From positions 30,380,001 through 30,444,000 of the forward strand of contig NC_042997.1 in the NCBI RefSeq assembly GCF_006345805.1: DNA of 64,000 bases. The letters run 5' to 3'. This stretch comes from Octopus sinensis (Eukaryota). Of the stretch, positions 50,480 through 64,000 are shown piece by piece (position 1 is the stretch's first letter; each line of letters opens with the position of its first letter). The position numbers and the translations under genes are program-made. The notes beneath the pieces were generated by a model that ran no database searches, was not told where the DNA came from, and was given only the letters and a program-made list of their open reading frames with translations.

Positions 50480-51500
50480 TTCTTTGACGGACCTGAACAG
50501 TCACGTGCTACTTGTTGTCAGAAGATGTCTGCAGCATTCCGGTGGCAATGAACGGAGAAAGTAGAAGAGTTTTAGAAAGCGTATTTCAAAGACCTGTGAC
50601 GACACTCAGTAAAAAGCAAGAAAAGCGGCGAAAAGCCGATAGCAGCAGCTGACGATGTGCGAGGTACATTTCACCTTGTTCGAGTTGTTGCCGCCTTACG
50701 AGCTTTACGTATATATAAATGGAAAAATTTCGCCGTGACTTTGGCAGATATCAACTAGCAGCAGAAAAGGAAGATTCCTGGTTCTGTGAGTTGGGCTATG
50801 ATAGCACAGCTGAGGAAGAACGTAAACAAGAAGGGTCATTATCGATAGTTTCCGGTCTATAACTCTGCTAAATGCAGAGTTGAAAACTTTGCAGCTTTGC
50901 TCATCATCATGGGTCAAGCTCATGATGCCAAACAGCGTCGTGAAGCACCTTAATGACAGACCGATTCTGTTGCTTGGCGTCTGGCTCAGTTTGGACAGCA
51001 GTTGGGAAGCGGTTATGTGTAGTGTTTAGTTTTGACTAGACATAAGCTGGGAGGAATTTATCTATGAAATGTCGTGGAGAGGTGACGAACACATAGATCG
51101 CCTTCGTCGTATAATACTATCTGACCGTGATGCTTTGCTCTGTTTTCACTGCCTGACCAAATTGGAAGGTCTGCACTTTAGCTTCTTGTGGAAGGGACGC
51201 GTTCCAATGAGCAGAGATTTTATATACTGCACGTGCCCACTACGGTGTGAGTGACTGAAAATATGCAGACATGCGCAGTGGCTTGCAACTTCGATAGAAA
51301 TTCCCGGACAGCGAGCAGTTCTCATCACTCTTTGCTAGGCACGTTTTGCCACAGCATGTCTCTTTTAACGGACTGCAGGTTTGACTCAAGCGAACACCAA
51401 GACTGAGCATCTAGCAACTGAAATGTTGTCTGGCTCCCTCAATCTTCTCTCAACTGAGCAACACTGACAGTGGAACATTTAGGTTAGCTTTCTGTAGAGG
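50480..51500 (+). pseudogene. Decayed L1/Tx1-type LINE ORF2 remnants
   Basis: IDSFRSITLLNAELKTL at about 50841 (RT N-terminal motif) and HCLTKLEGLHFSFLWKGRVP at about 51150. There are many stops, and the RT core appears deleted. Confidence 0.6.
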
Positions 51501-53564
51501 AATAATTAAGAGAAAGAGCAACGAAGTTTTCGGGGGAAACTTTGGGCGTCGGAAAGAATCAACTAGCTGGTCTTTTACGGAGGATTTACAACCTGAGGAC
51601 TATATATCCAGAATATATATCCAGAAATTTCTGAACTGGAAGTGCTTCTGAACATTGCTGAGTCGAGATAAGTTTTGCATGTTAGAAATTGTAGTTTTCC
51701 AGGCCTGTCCGAGGTGCACTTAGAGTGATACAAACACTCGTTTAGCAACTGAGCATTACTGGCTTGTGGAGTTTTGTCAAACAGTTATTTCGTATAGGAC
51801 TGATCTGGTTATTTTACTTGTTTAAAAAGTGACTGAAAGCCCTGATGAACGGCTCACTCTCAGCGGGATTTGTACCCTGAAGAACACAAGTGGGAGAAGA
51901 CATTTATCCTCGGTGGTCAGGATAAGTGTAGATCTATGGAGGCTTTTTGGGTAGCCTTACGTGGCGGCTACCGTCTCTGTGAACCCTTACACATATGTGA
52001 ATATCACTGTCACGCTTCATTTTAATTTCAGTATAAACCTACACATTTTTTGGAACCTATCTTTGTTATGTCCCTTTACGTGTGTTCTGGTGTTATGCAT
52101 TTTAACAATGCAGCAAAATAGAATTCGTAAACAAAATTTTGAATTTAATAAAACAATGTTATGAAGGGCTCGATATATTGAGCATCAAACAGAAACAGTA
52201 AAATTAGTAACATGTGGAATTCACATGGGCTCCGCTGGTTACTTTGGCCGGATAGCTAGAGAGGCTGAAAAAATACCTTACGATATTTCTTCTGGATCTT
52301 TTTTTCTAAGTTCAAATCCCGCCGAGGTCAGCTTTGCTTTTTATTTTTCTGGAGTTAATAAAATAAAGAACCAGTAAGTACTTGCGTAGATTTAAAGGAC
52401 TAACCTCCTTTCCACAATTCTTGACCTCGTGCCTAAATTACACAGCAAGAGATTTGGCAGAATCAATATAATGTTATTTCTTTTGATTCTTTTGTGTTCT
52501 CATTTGAAACCCTGCTAAAATCGACTTTGCCTTTTAAATCTTTGCGATCCATAAAACAAAGTACTCGTCAAGTAGTTGGAACCCTCCCCACTCTTTTCAA
52601 AATTTCTGACCTTATTTGCAGCCCCATACTACTTCTGCTAGAGCCAAAATAGAGCCGAAGGCACATCGATCCACTTCGGCCCACTTTAGATTGATTTTCA
52701 CAATTTAAAACGAACGTAAGAACACTGCATACCGAACTTATCTCAATTATCTCCTATTTTCTTTTACTAACACTTTTTCAAAGAGTCCTTGGTACAATTC
52801 ATCGAGCCCTATGCGCAAGAATGGCTGTAAGATTAACAAGCTCGCTTTGCAACTGCGTGATTTCAGGTTCAGTCCTACTGCGTGACTCCTTAAACAATTT
52901 TTTTTTTTAATGGACCAACCATTACATTGTGAGAAACTTCAGTAGATGAAACTGTGCGGAAACTTTGTGTCTGTTTGTCCCCATCACCGTGTGACAATCG
53001 ATGTCCGTTTGTTTACATCCTCGTTGTAACTTACCGGTTTGGCAAAAGAGACCAACAGAATTAGTACCAGATTTAAAATGATGATAATAATAATAATAAT
53101 AATTACTGGGATCGATTCGACTAGGTCCTTGAAGGTTGTGTCCCAGCATGCCCACTGTCCAAAAACTGAGATAAGCAATATACGTAATAAGTCTGAAATT
53201 TTGATGACAGGCAGAGTCGACCTCGACCAAATTTGAACTCTGAACGTTGAGCATTTAGCCCGACAGTAACATCTGCAACATCAGGTCAGAGTAATTCAGT
53301 CCCAGGTTACGAGTTTGACGCCACAGCATCTTACGACACACCGCCTTTACTATATATGAATAGTCGACGCATCCCCACTACTCGACCTTAGTTATTGATT
53401 GACTAAGGTCTGATCGAACTCTTAGTGCTTCCGAAGACACCGATCCAAATTATCTATATATAATCCGATTTGTAGTTATTGTTATTGTCGTTGTTGTTAT
53501 TGTGGCTAACAAGCTGATTATCGTGTTACATTTGATGTTATAAAGTTAATGTTTAAACATGAGA

Positions 53565-56445
53565 AGGCGGCGAGCTGGCAGAAACGTTAGCACGCCGGGC
53601 GAAATGCTTAGCGGTCTGCCTTTACGTTCTGAGTTCAAATGTCGCCGAGGTCGACTTTGCCTTTCATCCTTTCAGGGTCGATTAAATAAGTACCAGTTAC
53701 GCACTGGGGTCGATGTAATCAACTTAATCCGTTTGTCTGTCCTTGTTTGTCCCCTCTGTGTATAGCCCCTTGTGGGCAATAAAGAAATAAGAATCGTTAG
53801 CTCGCCAAGGAACATGCTTAAAGTACCAGTTAAGCACTGGGATCAATGTAATCAACTAGTCCCCATATTTGAGGCCTTGTGCCTTATAGTAGAAAGGAAT
53901 ATTTAAATATGAGAAGTTGGCGAGTTGACAATCGTTAACATGCCAGGCAAAATGCTTAGCGGCATTTCGTCCGTTTTTACGCTCCAAGTTCAAATTCCTC
54001 CGAGGTCGACTTTGCCTTTCATCTCTCTTGAGGTCGATAAAATAAGGACCAGTTGAGCACTGGGGTCAATGCCATTGACTTATGCCCTTCCCCGAAAATT
54101 CTAGCCTTGTGTCAAAATTTGAAATCAATTTTTAAAAAATCGTACGAATGCATCGATTAGCCCATACATCGGCCTTGGTCTCCAGTACCGTTATTAAATT
54201 TTCCAATCCGCTCTCCCGCCACCACTGCCCACTTCAAGGTGGCGAGCTGGCAGAAACGTTAGCACGCCGGGCGAAATGCGTAGCCGTATTTCGTCTGGCG
54301 TTACTTCTGAGTTCAAATTCTGCCGTGGTCGACTTTGCCTTTCATCCTTTCGGGGTCGATAAATTAAGTACCAGTTACACACTGGGGTCGATGTAATCGA
54401 CTAAATCCGTTTGTCCTCTCTATGTTTAGCCCCTTGTGGGTAATAAAGAAACGGAATACTGCCCACTTCGAGAAGCACTACTGTACATTAGTTTGAGGTA
54501 GAATTGATACGTCTAGCTAGTGGCGTAGCTGAAATCAGTGCTGCCCGGGGAATTTCAGTCCACCCTACCAACACGGAAAGGTGGAGGCAATACACCTTAT
54601 ACAGCAAGCTCTAAAATGCTGTCCTTTGCCCCAGCTACCACGTAGAGACTGCCTTGTTGACTCATGTAGAAGTATGTGTGTGCGTAACTATAAGAGAAGT
54701 AGATGTATGTGCACGCGCGTAAATGAGTGTGTATGTGTGTGTGTGTAGAGAGAGAGAGAGTGAGTGAGTGAGAGAGGTATGAGAGGAACGAATGTGTCGT
54801 GTGCAGTAAGTGTGACCATGAAATTTTTTATACGCCCAAATATGTAACTGGACGTGTGTGTTTACCTATGTCTGTATTGACTGCTACAAAGCGACAGGAA
54901 TTTTGATTGGCCACGGTTGCACTTGCTGTCTGGTCCCAAGTCTGTTCTGCTAAGCAGACCAATGATTGAGGTGTTCTATCTGTAAACATTCCCATTTGTT
55001 TTTTCTAACCATGGCAAGCAGGCAGAAACGTTAGCACACCGGGCGAAATACTTACCGGTTTTTCGTCTGCCGTTACGTTCTGAGTTCAAATTCCGCCGAG
55101 GTCGACTTTGCCTTTCATCCTTTCGGGGTCGATTAAATAAGTACCAGTTACACACTGGGGTCGATATAATCGACTTAATCCGTTTCTCTGCGCTTGTTTG
55201 TCCTCTCCGTGTTTAGCCCCTTGTGGGCAGTAAAGAAATAGGTATTTCGTCTGGCGTTACGCTCTGAGTTCAAATTCCGCCGAGGTCGACTTTGCCTTTC
55301 ATCCTTTCGGGGTCGATTAAATAAGTACCAGTTATGCACTGGGGTCGATATAATCGACTTAATCCGTTTGTCTGTGCTTGTTTGTCCTCTCCGTGTTTAG
55401 CCCCTTGTGGGCAGTAAAGAAATAGGTATTTCGTCTGCCGTTACGTCCTGAGTTCAAATTCCGCCGAGGTCAGCTTTGCCTTTCATCTTTTCGGGGTCGA
55501 TAAATATAGTACCAGTTACGCACTGGGGTCGATATAATCGACTTAATCCTTTTGTCTGTCTTTGTTTGTGCCCCTATGTTTAGCCCCTTGTGGGCAATAA
55601 AGAAATAAATTATCTAATGCAGTGGTTCGTATGACCCTTAGAGGTTCATATAAGATTTTGCTGTTAAAATTTATCTATAATAAATTACTCTTTTTACTCT
55701 TTTACTTGTTTCAGTCATTTGACTGCGGCCATGCTGGAGCACCGCCTTTAGTCGAGCAAATCGACCCCGGGACTTATTCTTTGTAAGCCCAGTACTTATT
55801 CTATCGGTCTCTTTTGCCGAACCGCTAATTAACAGACCCAAATATTTTAACATTTTTCATACAACTTCAGAGTTGTATAAAACACTAAAACATTTTATTA
55901 TAAAAGCTACAGTAACGTTTTTGTGTATACACAGCGAATGGCTATGGGCGTCTAGTGGAGTAAAATAAGAATCAAAGGGGATCCATAGGCAAAAACAAAA
56001 TCGTTGGGAACCACTGTCTAATTTGTCTTGAGGTGGCATGAGGGAGATTTGAGTTGCTTTTCCTCATCAACCGAGCCATCGGAAAAGGCTTCCTTGTTGA
56101 CTTGTGTATGTTGTTTTACCGTAAATGTCACACTCTGTTTACATTGTTTTCTTGATCTTTTCTTTTTTTTCGTTTGGCGGGGGTTGTTTTCGAACGGTAC
56201 TTCGCTAAAAGCGGCGAGCTGGCAGAAACGTTAGCACGCCAGGCGAAATGCTTAGCGGTATTTCGTCTGCTGTTACGTTCTGGGTTCAAATTCCGCCGAG
56301 GTCGACTTTGCCTTTCATCCTTTCGGGGTCGATAAATTAAGTACCAGTTACGAACTGGGGTCGATATAATCGACTTAATCCGTTTGTCTGTTCTTGTTTG
56401 TCCTCTCTGTGTTTAGCCCCTTGTGGGTAGTAAAGAAATAGGTAC
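53565..56445 (+). repeat. Dense SINE family B cluster, including a three-unit array at 55015-55610
   Basis: Copies at 53565-54130, 54238-54455, 55015-55610 and 56210-56445. Others in the window lie at 13085-15100, 21780-22080, 27840-28120, 29670-30040, 32385-32580, 47220-47652 and 61032-62000. Confidence 0.85.
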
Positions 56446-56853
56446 TTCGCTAACAGGGTTACGCTATTTTTCAGAAAACACACGCACACACACACTGGTT
56501 TACAATTGCGGCTACTTGAAAACTTTTAAATTTTTATTTTAAGGATAAATCCTATTATATATTCTAAACACACTTTGTTTACCAACTACATTAATTACAT
56601 TAATTTGAAGAGATCTCGACAGACTGCAGCCGTGCTAAAGAAACTCTTAGGAAGGCTCAGACGATCAAAACGATCCCCCGTATGCCATCAGCCAAACTGA
56701 TAAATTGTAGGCCATAAACAAACCAGCATCGGAGACACGTACCTTTTTCATCTTCTTTCACTTGCCATGCTCTGTACACCTGTAGCGTTTTTGTGGTTTC
56801 ACCTCACGAGCACTAGTACTCCACGAACTCAAAAAGTTGAGACCCATAAATAA

Positions 56854-56906
<53 letters not shown>

Positions 56907-56920
56907 TGTATATGTATATA

Positions 56921-57100
56921 TAAAGGGGTGCTGAAAAGTTCCTGGCTTTAAGGGTGTCGCGAAAGGCCTGGCTGGAGGCCCAACCTTCCGAGTTCTTTTA
57001 CAGGGCTTATAAAAACCGAAGGACCGCTGCAATAAGTGCGTGAATCTGAGAGGAGAATATGTTGAATAAAATCATAATTAACTGATCTTCCAGTATTTCC
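56921..57100 (+). mobile_element. Mariner-derived deletion product (left end fused to the transposase C-terminus)
   Basis: ggggtgctgaaaagttcctggc start, and DRCNKCVNLRGEYVE* at 57022-57069 matching the mariner C-terminal RW.KCV...G.YVE motif. It is cut off by (TAG)n. Confidence 0.55.
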
Positions 57101-57143
<43 letters not shown>

Positions 57144-58589
57144 AGTAGTAGTAGTAGTTTATAAAACGAAGTTCTGGTTAACTGCAAGGGCCGTGTAATA
57201 TGAAATCGATTTCAGATTACATTGAGGCGACTCGAAACGGGAGTTGTTTTGTGTATTGCCTCTCTCTCTTTTTCTTCTTAACCGTATGGAGCCCATCACC
57301 ACCTCCATAACACTGGACCCCTCAATAACCACTTCACCTAGACTTCCCTTATTACATTGATTCCCTGGAGTTTCCTTGTGTTTTTCAGATCTCGGAAGGC
57401 CTGAAAAGGGCCGTGGTTTAACCCCTTCCTTTAGACCAAAACACTAAGATACTAGAAATGGTAGTCAAATCTCGCTGAAATCAAACCACATTGTCTTTAA
57501 ATAGAAGAAAAGAAGTACGCATTAGATGTCGTTGTTCTCATTACATTGTTTTTGAAAATCGACAGGATGGTTCAGCTTGGAATGCCCTTATATTTAAGCA
57601 TGTTCGATATGATCTGGCCCATGGCCATGACCAATGAGAGAAAGAGGGATTAGCTGACACGTCGGTCCAGAGCCTGGACAACCAAGGAGGGTGCTTCGTA
57701 AATATTTGATGGTCCCCTTAAAGATAGTAAACAAATAAAGTACACCCGAAACATTAAGGTCCCCCTCACTCAGTAGTGTAGCTGGCTTGGGGGCGATGAG
57801 GGCAGTCCACCCGAGCGACGCTTTTATGGGGTCAACACTTTTCGGTCTGCTGTATAAGCTATAAAGATCTGAGGGTCCAGGGAGCGACAAACTCATCGAC
57901 TGCTCCAGCTACGGCATTAATTCCCTTCCCTGATGTGGGACACGAGAGCAATTATTTTTAATCGGAAAGGTGTGAGCTGAAGGAAAATTTGGCTGCTATT
58001 TCTAACAAGTCATGCAACTACATAGAGAAGTGACTTTCAATCTTTCTAACTTCGTGGCACAATGGAGATTAAATTTAAGAATTAGCGGTGCATTTCGAAT
58101 TGAAGTTTTTCCCAAAAATAGCTGTTTTTAAATTATAGAAATTTAGAAGAGTGCAACTCCAATTATCTACTTTGTTTAATCGAGCATACACGTGGATAAG
58201 GAAAACTATGAATCACACGTTTTTCGTGATAGTATGGCAAAATTTTAAAGCCTTAATTTAAACTTTTGAAGATTTTCGGCGAGCTTGCATGCATTTCACA
58301 GAGCATCAGTTCGCTACCGAGTGCCTACTATTTGAAAATCCCTGTCGTACAAGCTCCCATGTTTTTTGGAATGATTTGTAGAATTAAAATTTAGAGAAGA
58401 AAAAAACGAAAGAAAGAAGAGCTTGAGAATACTGGCGATCGTTTGATTGAATAAAATTTTAGTTAAGTTTCGTAAATCCAAATTCGTACAGCGTAAGAAG
58501 AATTGGATACTGTTTTGAAGCTGCATCTTAATCAGAGAGACAGGCAAAGAGACAGACAGACAGACTGAGGAGAGCGAAAATATAGTCTG

Positions 58590-58624
<35 letters not shown>

Positions 58625-58655
58625 GTACGAACTTATCCAGACTAGCTACCCTCTT

Positions 58656-58718
<63 letters not shown>

Positions 58719-58731
58719 AATAATTACTAAA

Positions 58732-59587
58732 TCTACTACTATGGGAAATTCTGTCTGTGGGTGTGTTTGTGCAGTTGTTAACTAACTCCTCCTGCATCGT
58801 TTTATCGATTTTGATGAAACTTGACACGTGAGCAGAATTCATGTCTGGAAACCTCATGGCATACTAAAATTGTTGAAAAACATCGATAATAGGGACCCTG
58901 GAAGGGATTCTTATATATATCTAATATATTTCATTTTAACAGCCAAGGGAAATAACCCATTCATTTTCCTAAATCATTTGGTATAAATCATATTGAGTAT
59001 GTTTATTTCTTAGTATTTGAACTGTTAGTTATTTTCGCAATTTATCCAGTACAACCCTTAAACAAGAAAATTATATTTTCCTAAACATTAGATCCACTTA
59101 TTCTGGTTAGTAACTTATTCAAGAATATACCAACATTAGCACCGCTGAGGTAATATTCTCTGGGAAGGCATAAAAGCCCTATTCAGAGCTATTTACTTTG
59201 AATTGTTATTATCTCATATCTCATTAGCCTGTTATAACATGTTTCACGATTTTTGTATACATACCTTATTAGTATTTCCTCCTAAGTTCTATATACACTG
59301 GGAACGCATTAAAGCCATTTTTCAGGGCTACTTTATTTGAATTCTTACTATCGGGTAACTAATTTCATGTTATTACATAACTGACTTCACAGGGTATTCA
59401 TAACTTATTGGGAATTCCTAAAAACAAGATCCTGTGTAAGACAGTTCGGTATTCTCGGTAAATGCACAAAAACCGTCTTAAGGGCTACATAGTTTGTATT
59501 GTGGTTATTGGGTTAGCGAAACAATTATGAGAACGGAACCAAGAGATAAGCCCCGCTTTCCCAGAAATTACCGGGTCCGTCAGCTAG
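58732..59587 (+). mobile_element. Non-autonomous Helitron
   Basis: A|TCTACTACTAT start, a GC-rich subterminal segment, then CTAG|T at 59584-88. It has internal ~140-bp subrepeats. Confidence 0.65.
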
Positions 59588-61305
59588 TGAATAAATATTT
59601 GGAAATATTTACATAGATATGATAATTAATTATTGTCATTAGTAAAATGATTCATAGCAACTCTAATACAGGTGGCCAACAAGCAAAAGCTGAGAAATGG
59701 CAAATCCAAAATTTTATAATTGATTTATAATTATAATAGGGAACACCCGGTGCCAGCGTTGTTGTGAAAATCAGTTCGAGGATTTTTCGTCTCTGATTTC
59801 CACAACAATATGCCATATATATACCACTTGGGAAAGTGTTTTTTACTATAACCTCGAGCCGACTCGACCAAGGCTTTGTGAGTGGATTTGGTAAATGGAA
59901 ACTGAAAGAAGCCCGTCATATATATATATGTTTGTATGTATACTCTTTTACTCTTTTACTTGTTTCAGTCATTTCACTGCGGCCATGCTGGAGCACCGCC
60001 TTTAATCGAGGAAATCGACCCCAGGACTTATTCTTTTTGTAAGCCCAGTACTTATTTTATCGGTCTCTTTTGTCGAACCGCTAAGTAACGGGGACATAAA
60101 CACACCAGCATCGGTTATCAAGCAATGCTAGGGGGACAAACACAGACACACAAACACATACACACACATATACATATATACATATATACGACAGGCTTCT
60201 TTCAGTTTCCGTCTACCAAATCCACTCACAAGGCTTTGGTCGGCCCGAGGCTATAGTAGAAGACACTTACCCAAGGTGCCACGCAGTGGGACTGAACCTG
60301 GAACCTTGTGGTTGGTAAACAAGCTACTTACCACACAGCCACTCCTGTGAATTCTTTCTCTCGCAAATTATTTTTGCTGTGTATTGAAATTATTTTCACA
60401 CTGGTGGCTGCCGTGATTTCGGTGCAAAACGAATCAGTTAGAGGAAGGTTAGTCCAGAAACCGGTCCACGTGAGTCCAAATACTGAGAGATTGGCGATTT
60501 AAATAAGTTTTTACTGTTATTTCCAGTAGATAGACCTACTTAGTATGTCCTTTGATTAATTATATATATGTGTGTGCATGTGTGCGTGCGCGAGCGCATC
60601 TTTGTGTCTGTGTTTTTCCCCTGTCCACTGTTTGAAAACCGGTGCTGGTGTGTTTATATCACCGTAACTTAGCGGTTTGGCAAAAGACGCCGATAGAATA
60701 AGTATTAAGCTTTTAAAAAATAGAAAAGTACTGAGATCTGATTTGTTCGATTAAAATCCTTGAAGGTTCTGCCTCAGCATGGCCACAGTCAAATGGCTGA
60801 AACAAGTAAAAGAATTATTGTTTACTGTTCCTTAAGATAGGATCACCAAAAAAATACTCCATCCAGTGGGAGATAACTATCATTTAATGTATATAGTATT
60901 CAAAATGAGAGCCACTTATAGTTTCTTGCCATAGAAACACAGATTTATATAGATTGGTTTGGAGACGCAAGGTAAGTTCTATAAATCTGACTAATCTCAG
61001 TGTCTCTATGGTAAGACAGTATCAGTGTATAAGGCGGCGAGTTGGCAGAATCGTTACCACGCCGGGCGAAATGTGTAGCCGTATTTCGTCTGCCGTTACG
61101 TTCTGAGTTCAAATTCCGCCGAGGTCGACTTTGCCTTTCATCCTTTCGGGGGTCGATAAATTAAGCACCAGTTACGCACTGGAGTCGATGAAATCGACCT
61201 AATCCCTTTGTCTGTCCTTGTTTGTTCCCTCTATGTTTAGCCCCTTGTGGGCAATAAAGAAATAAGAAACTATCAGTGTATCCAATTTTTTATATTGTGC
61301 TCATT

Positions 61306-61386
<81 letters not shown>

Positions 61387-62190
61387 CCTCTTTGTTTATT
61401 TGATTTCTAATGTCTATTTTCCACGACTCTTGCACGTGTCAAAAATAATTACCGTTGTTGCTATTTAACCCCAGTAAGTTCTACGTTCAAAGGACGCGGG
61501 TTCAACAACTTCCTTTTTGTAAAGGATTTCTTTTATTTTTTAACATTTACTTGTGGCCCACACGTATATCATATCTTACGTATAATAATATCCTCATATC
61601 CTCCTCCATTTCCGTCTTTGACGATGTTTTTATAAGCAAAACTTAAACAAATTGTAACACAAAACGCTATCTAAAGTTATTCAATAACCCACAGATACAA
61701 TAAATACATTAATATTTTTTTAATTTCGAAAATGTATAAGTATTTCTTTACTACCCACAAGGGGCTAACAAAGAGGGGACAAACAAGGACTGACAAAGGG
61801 ATTAAGTCGATTACATCGACCCCAGTGCGAAACTGGTACTTTATTTATCGACCCCGAAAGGATGAAAGGCAAAGTCGACCTCGGCGGAATTTGAATTCAG
61901 AACATAACGACAGACGAAATACCTATTTCTTTATTACCCACAAGGGGCTAAACATAGAGTGGACAAACAAGGACAGACATAGGTATTAAGTCGATTATAT
62001 TCGCTTGAGAAAAATGGCATAAAAAGAAAATGGGACACAAAACCTGCCAAAATATCAAAATGATGAAAACACTTGTGTGAGACGTGTGAGGCTCTTTAAA
62101 CTATAAAACTTGGAGGGAAAAATAAAACAGATACTGAAAACACCGCAAGTTTCAAGTATGAGTAACTTTATACCATGTATATTTACACAC

Positions 62191-62418
62191 GGAGGCGCAA
62201 TGGCCTAGTGGTTAGGGCAGCGGACTCGCCGTCGCAGGATCGCGGTTTCGATTCCCAGACCGGGCGTTGTGAGTGTTTCACCACCCTTTCTCCCACTCTT
62301 TCTTCTGTTGGCCTGCTCGCTTAGCCAGCGGGGTGACTTCATTTAAAGGATAAAACAATGCGAATGCATTGTGATCAGCGATGTGTAACAACATCTGATG
62401 GTTTGGTCGGTCCCGTGA
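62191..62418 (+). mobile_element. tRNA-derived SINE family D with an 11-bp TSD
   Basis: Head ggaggcgcaatggcctagtggttagggc...ggtttcgattccc. TSD tatttacacac at 62180-90 and 62419-29. Minus-strand copies lie at 1-250 and 30050-30348. Confidence 0.8.
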
Positions 62419-63749
62419 TATTTACACACACACCACACACACACACACACACTCCTGGCTGGCCATCGAATCTACTGAGTTAATTCTCTGGTGAGCTTTG
62501 TCTTTCGTATCACCAAACAAGCTTGAGGTTCCAGTTTAGCTGCCGACTACCCAGCCATGTACCTTACACGTTATCAGTTGCAGATCTCTATCAGTGGCGA
62601 GGCGGGGCTCGTGGGGTCCGAATTAACCCCCCACCCCCACCCCATCCGTAATGTCTTCCAGTCTGTCCCACCATTCGATTTTATTATATTTTCATATTTT
62701 TGTAAAATTTTTAATGTCATTTGTTTTGTATAATCATTCGCTCATCTGACCCCAAAATCAGATTGTATTGTCCCCTCTTTGTTGGCCCCTTGTGGGTAAT
62801 AAAAAAAATCAACGTTACCAGTTGCAGATCTCTAATGATAAGATTTTTAACCTGGCAGGAAACAGACATGCATGCTCACAAACTAGCATACATACAAATG
62901 CATGTGTACAAATATACATATGTATATGTCCACTTGGAGAAATGTTTTATAAAATGTAACTTGTCATACTCGTAATCGAACAAGATTTGAGCGTAGAGTG
63001 GGGAAAAGATTTCACTCCGTCCGACAAATGTCTATAAACATCATACCAAAGGTTCGAACCTAATAGCAGATCAATCCGATATAGACGAGGAACTCTTAAC
63101 GGGGAATCAGACTTGGATCACCGTTTATACTTTTATTTAATTGCCACTATAAAAGTATAAACGGTGAAAATATAATTATTCGATGACAAATCAACATTGG
63201 GTGGACATGAGGAAAACCCGAATCGAAAGTAGGGGGAGTTCTTACTTAGGACTCTGGCGACTGATGCACTACGTGGTCACCCAAACTACTAGAAATAGCG
63301 GCCAAACTACACTTAACTCCTACCTAGTTCTCAATATCCCTAAAAAACGGTCACACTTAGAATGGCTTTAATTGCATGCCTGCTTGGTTAGGGCTAACCG
63401 GTCGGTGAAGTGGAGACTAAATAACTACTACTACTACTACTACTACTACTACACATATTAAATGCCATGAGAATCAATCTAATGAGGCAACTCTCATTAA
63501 ATATATCGTACAGTTTACCTGGGAATATTTGGGTAATAGACATTAATTTCATTGCTGTCGCCACTCTCAGGTAAGAATTATATGCTCGGTGGGACTCACT
63601 GAATCACTTTTCTCACTGATCCCTTTTGTTTTTTTAGCTCTAGTCATTCCCGCCTTGTCGTGTATATCATACACCTCTTTATCTCCTTCCCCTCATACGT
63701 GCGCGCGTGTGTGTGTGGATGAATAGATAGATAGATAGATGGATGGATA

Positions 63750-63780
63750 GATAGAATACCCGGCGTTGCCCTGGCTGAAA
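63750..63780 (-). mobile_element. Helitron 3'-end hairpin remnant
   Basis: cccggcgttgccctgg matches the terminal hairpin of the 8587 element. Confidence 0.35.
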
Positions 63781-64000
63781 AGAAGTTATAGTTCGTTCTT
63801 AATAAAGACACATTCCGTTTAATAGCTTTCCTTTCAACCTATCTTTGAAATTGTTATCCAGTACGTTTGTAGCAGTCTTGTTTATTATGCCCTGAGCTAC
63901 AGATATGCACTCAATAATACATTTTGAAATTTGTATAAATGACAATTATTTTATTCAAGGAAATTAAGTAAAATCACAGAAAATCACTTGAAAAAAATTT

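Noticed and set aside
63514-63570. 57-nt symmetric micro-exon candidate (LPGNIWVIDINFIAVATL)
   Set aside because: The donor is good but the acceptor is weak and there is no homology. It cannot be supported without reads.

Overview
AT-rich, repeat-dominated eukaryotic DNA. The SINE families, the long (TA)n/(TG)n/(GATA)n microsatellites and the element mix look like an Octopus genome (inference from recalled repeat families, not a search). No host gene can be called with confidence; there are only weak candidate exons at 1730-2022 and 49011-49040. Most listed ORFs are microsatellite or SINE artefacts. The window contains four tRNA-derived SINE families (one forming tandem arrays), two non-autonomous Helitrons, decayed maT, mariner and hAT DNA transposons, and L1/Tx1 and RTE remnants. 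The main signal is a cluster of Penelope-like elements (PLEs). One 5'-truncated PLE keeps an open RT + GIY-YIG frame (39241-41343), and three other GIY-YIG remnants are present. About ten hammerhead-ribozyme (HHR) motifs, found by eye, belong to several unrelated short elements lying in or beside (TA)n tracts. They include canonical cores (10903-10974, 42485-42578, 5828-5933, 422-499, 9037-9102), a U3:A8 compensatory core (20253-20290 and a fold-back pair at 1490-1599) and a C4 variant (39144-39178). The long PLE ORF stops at a TGA placed exactly where the family's conserved C-terminal Cys is expected, so it is either a nonsense mutation or selenocysteine read-through. All RNA structures were paired by hand and none was tested.
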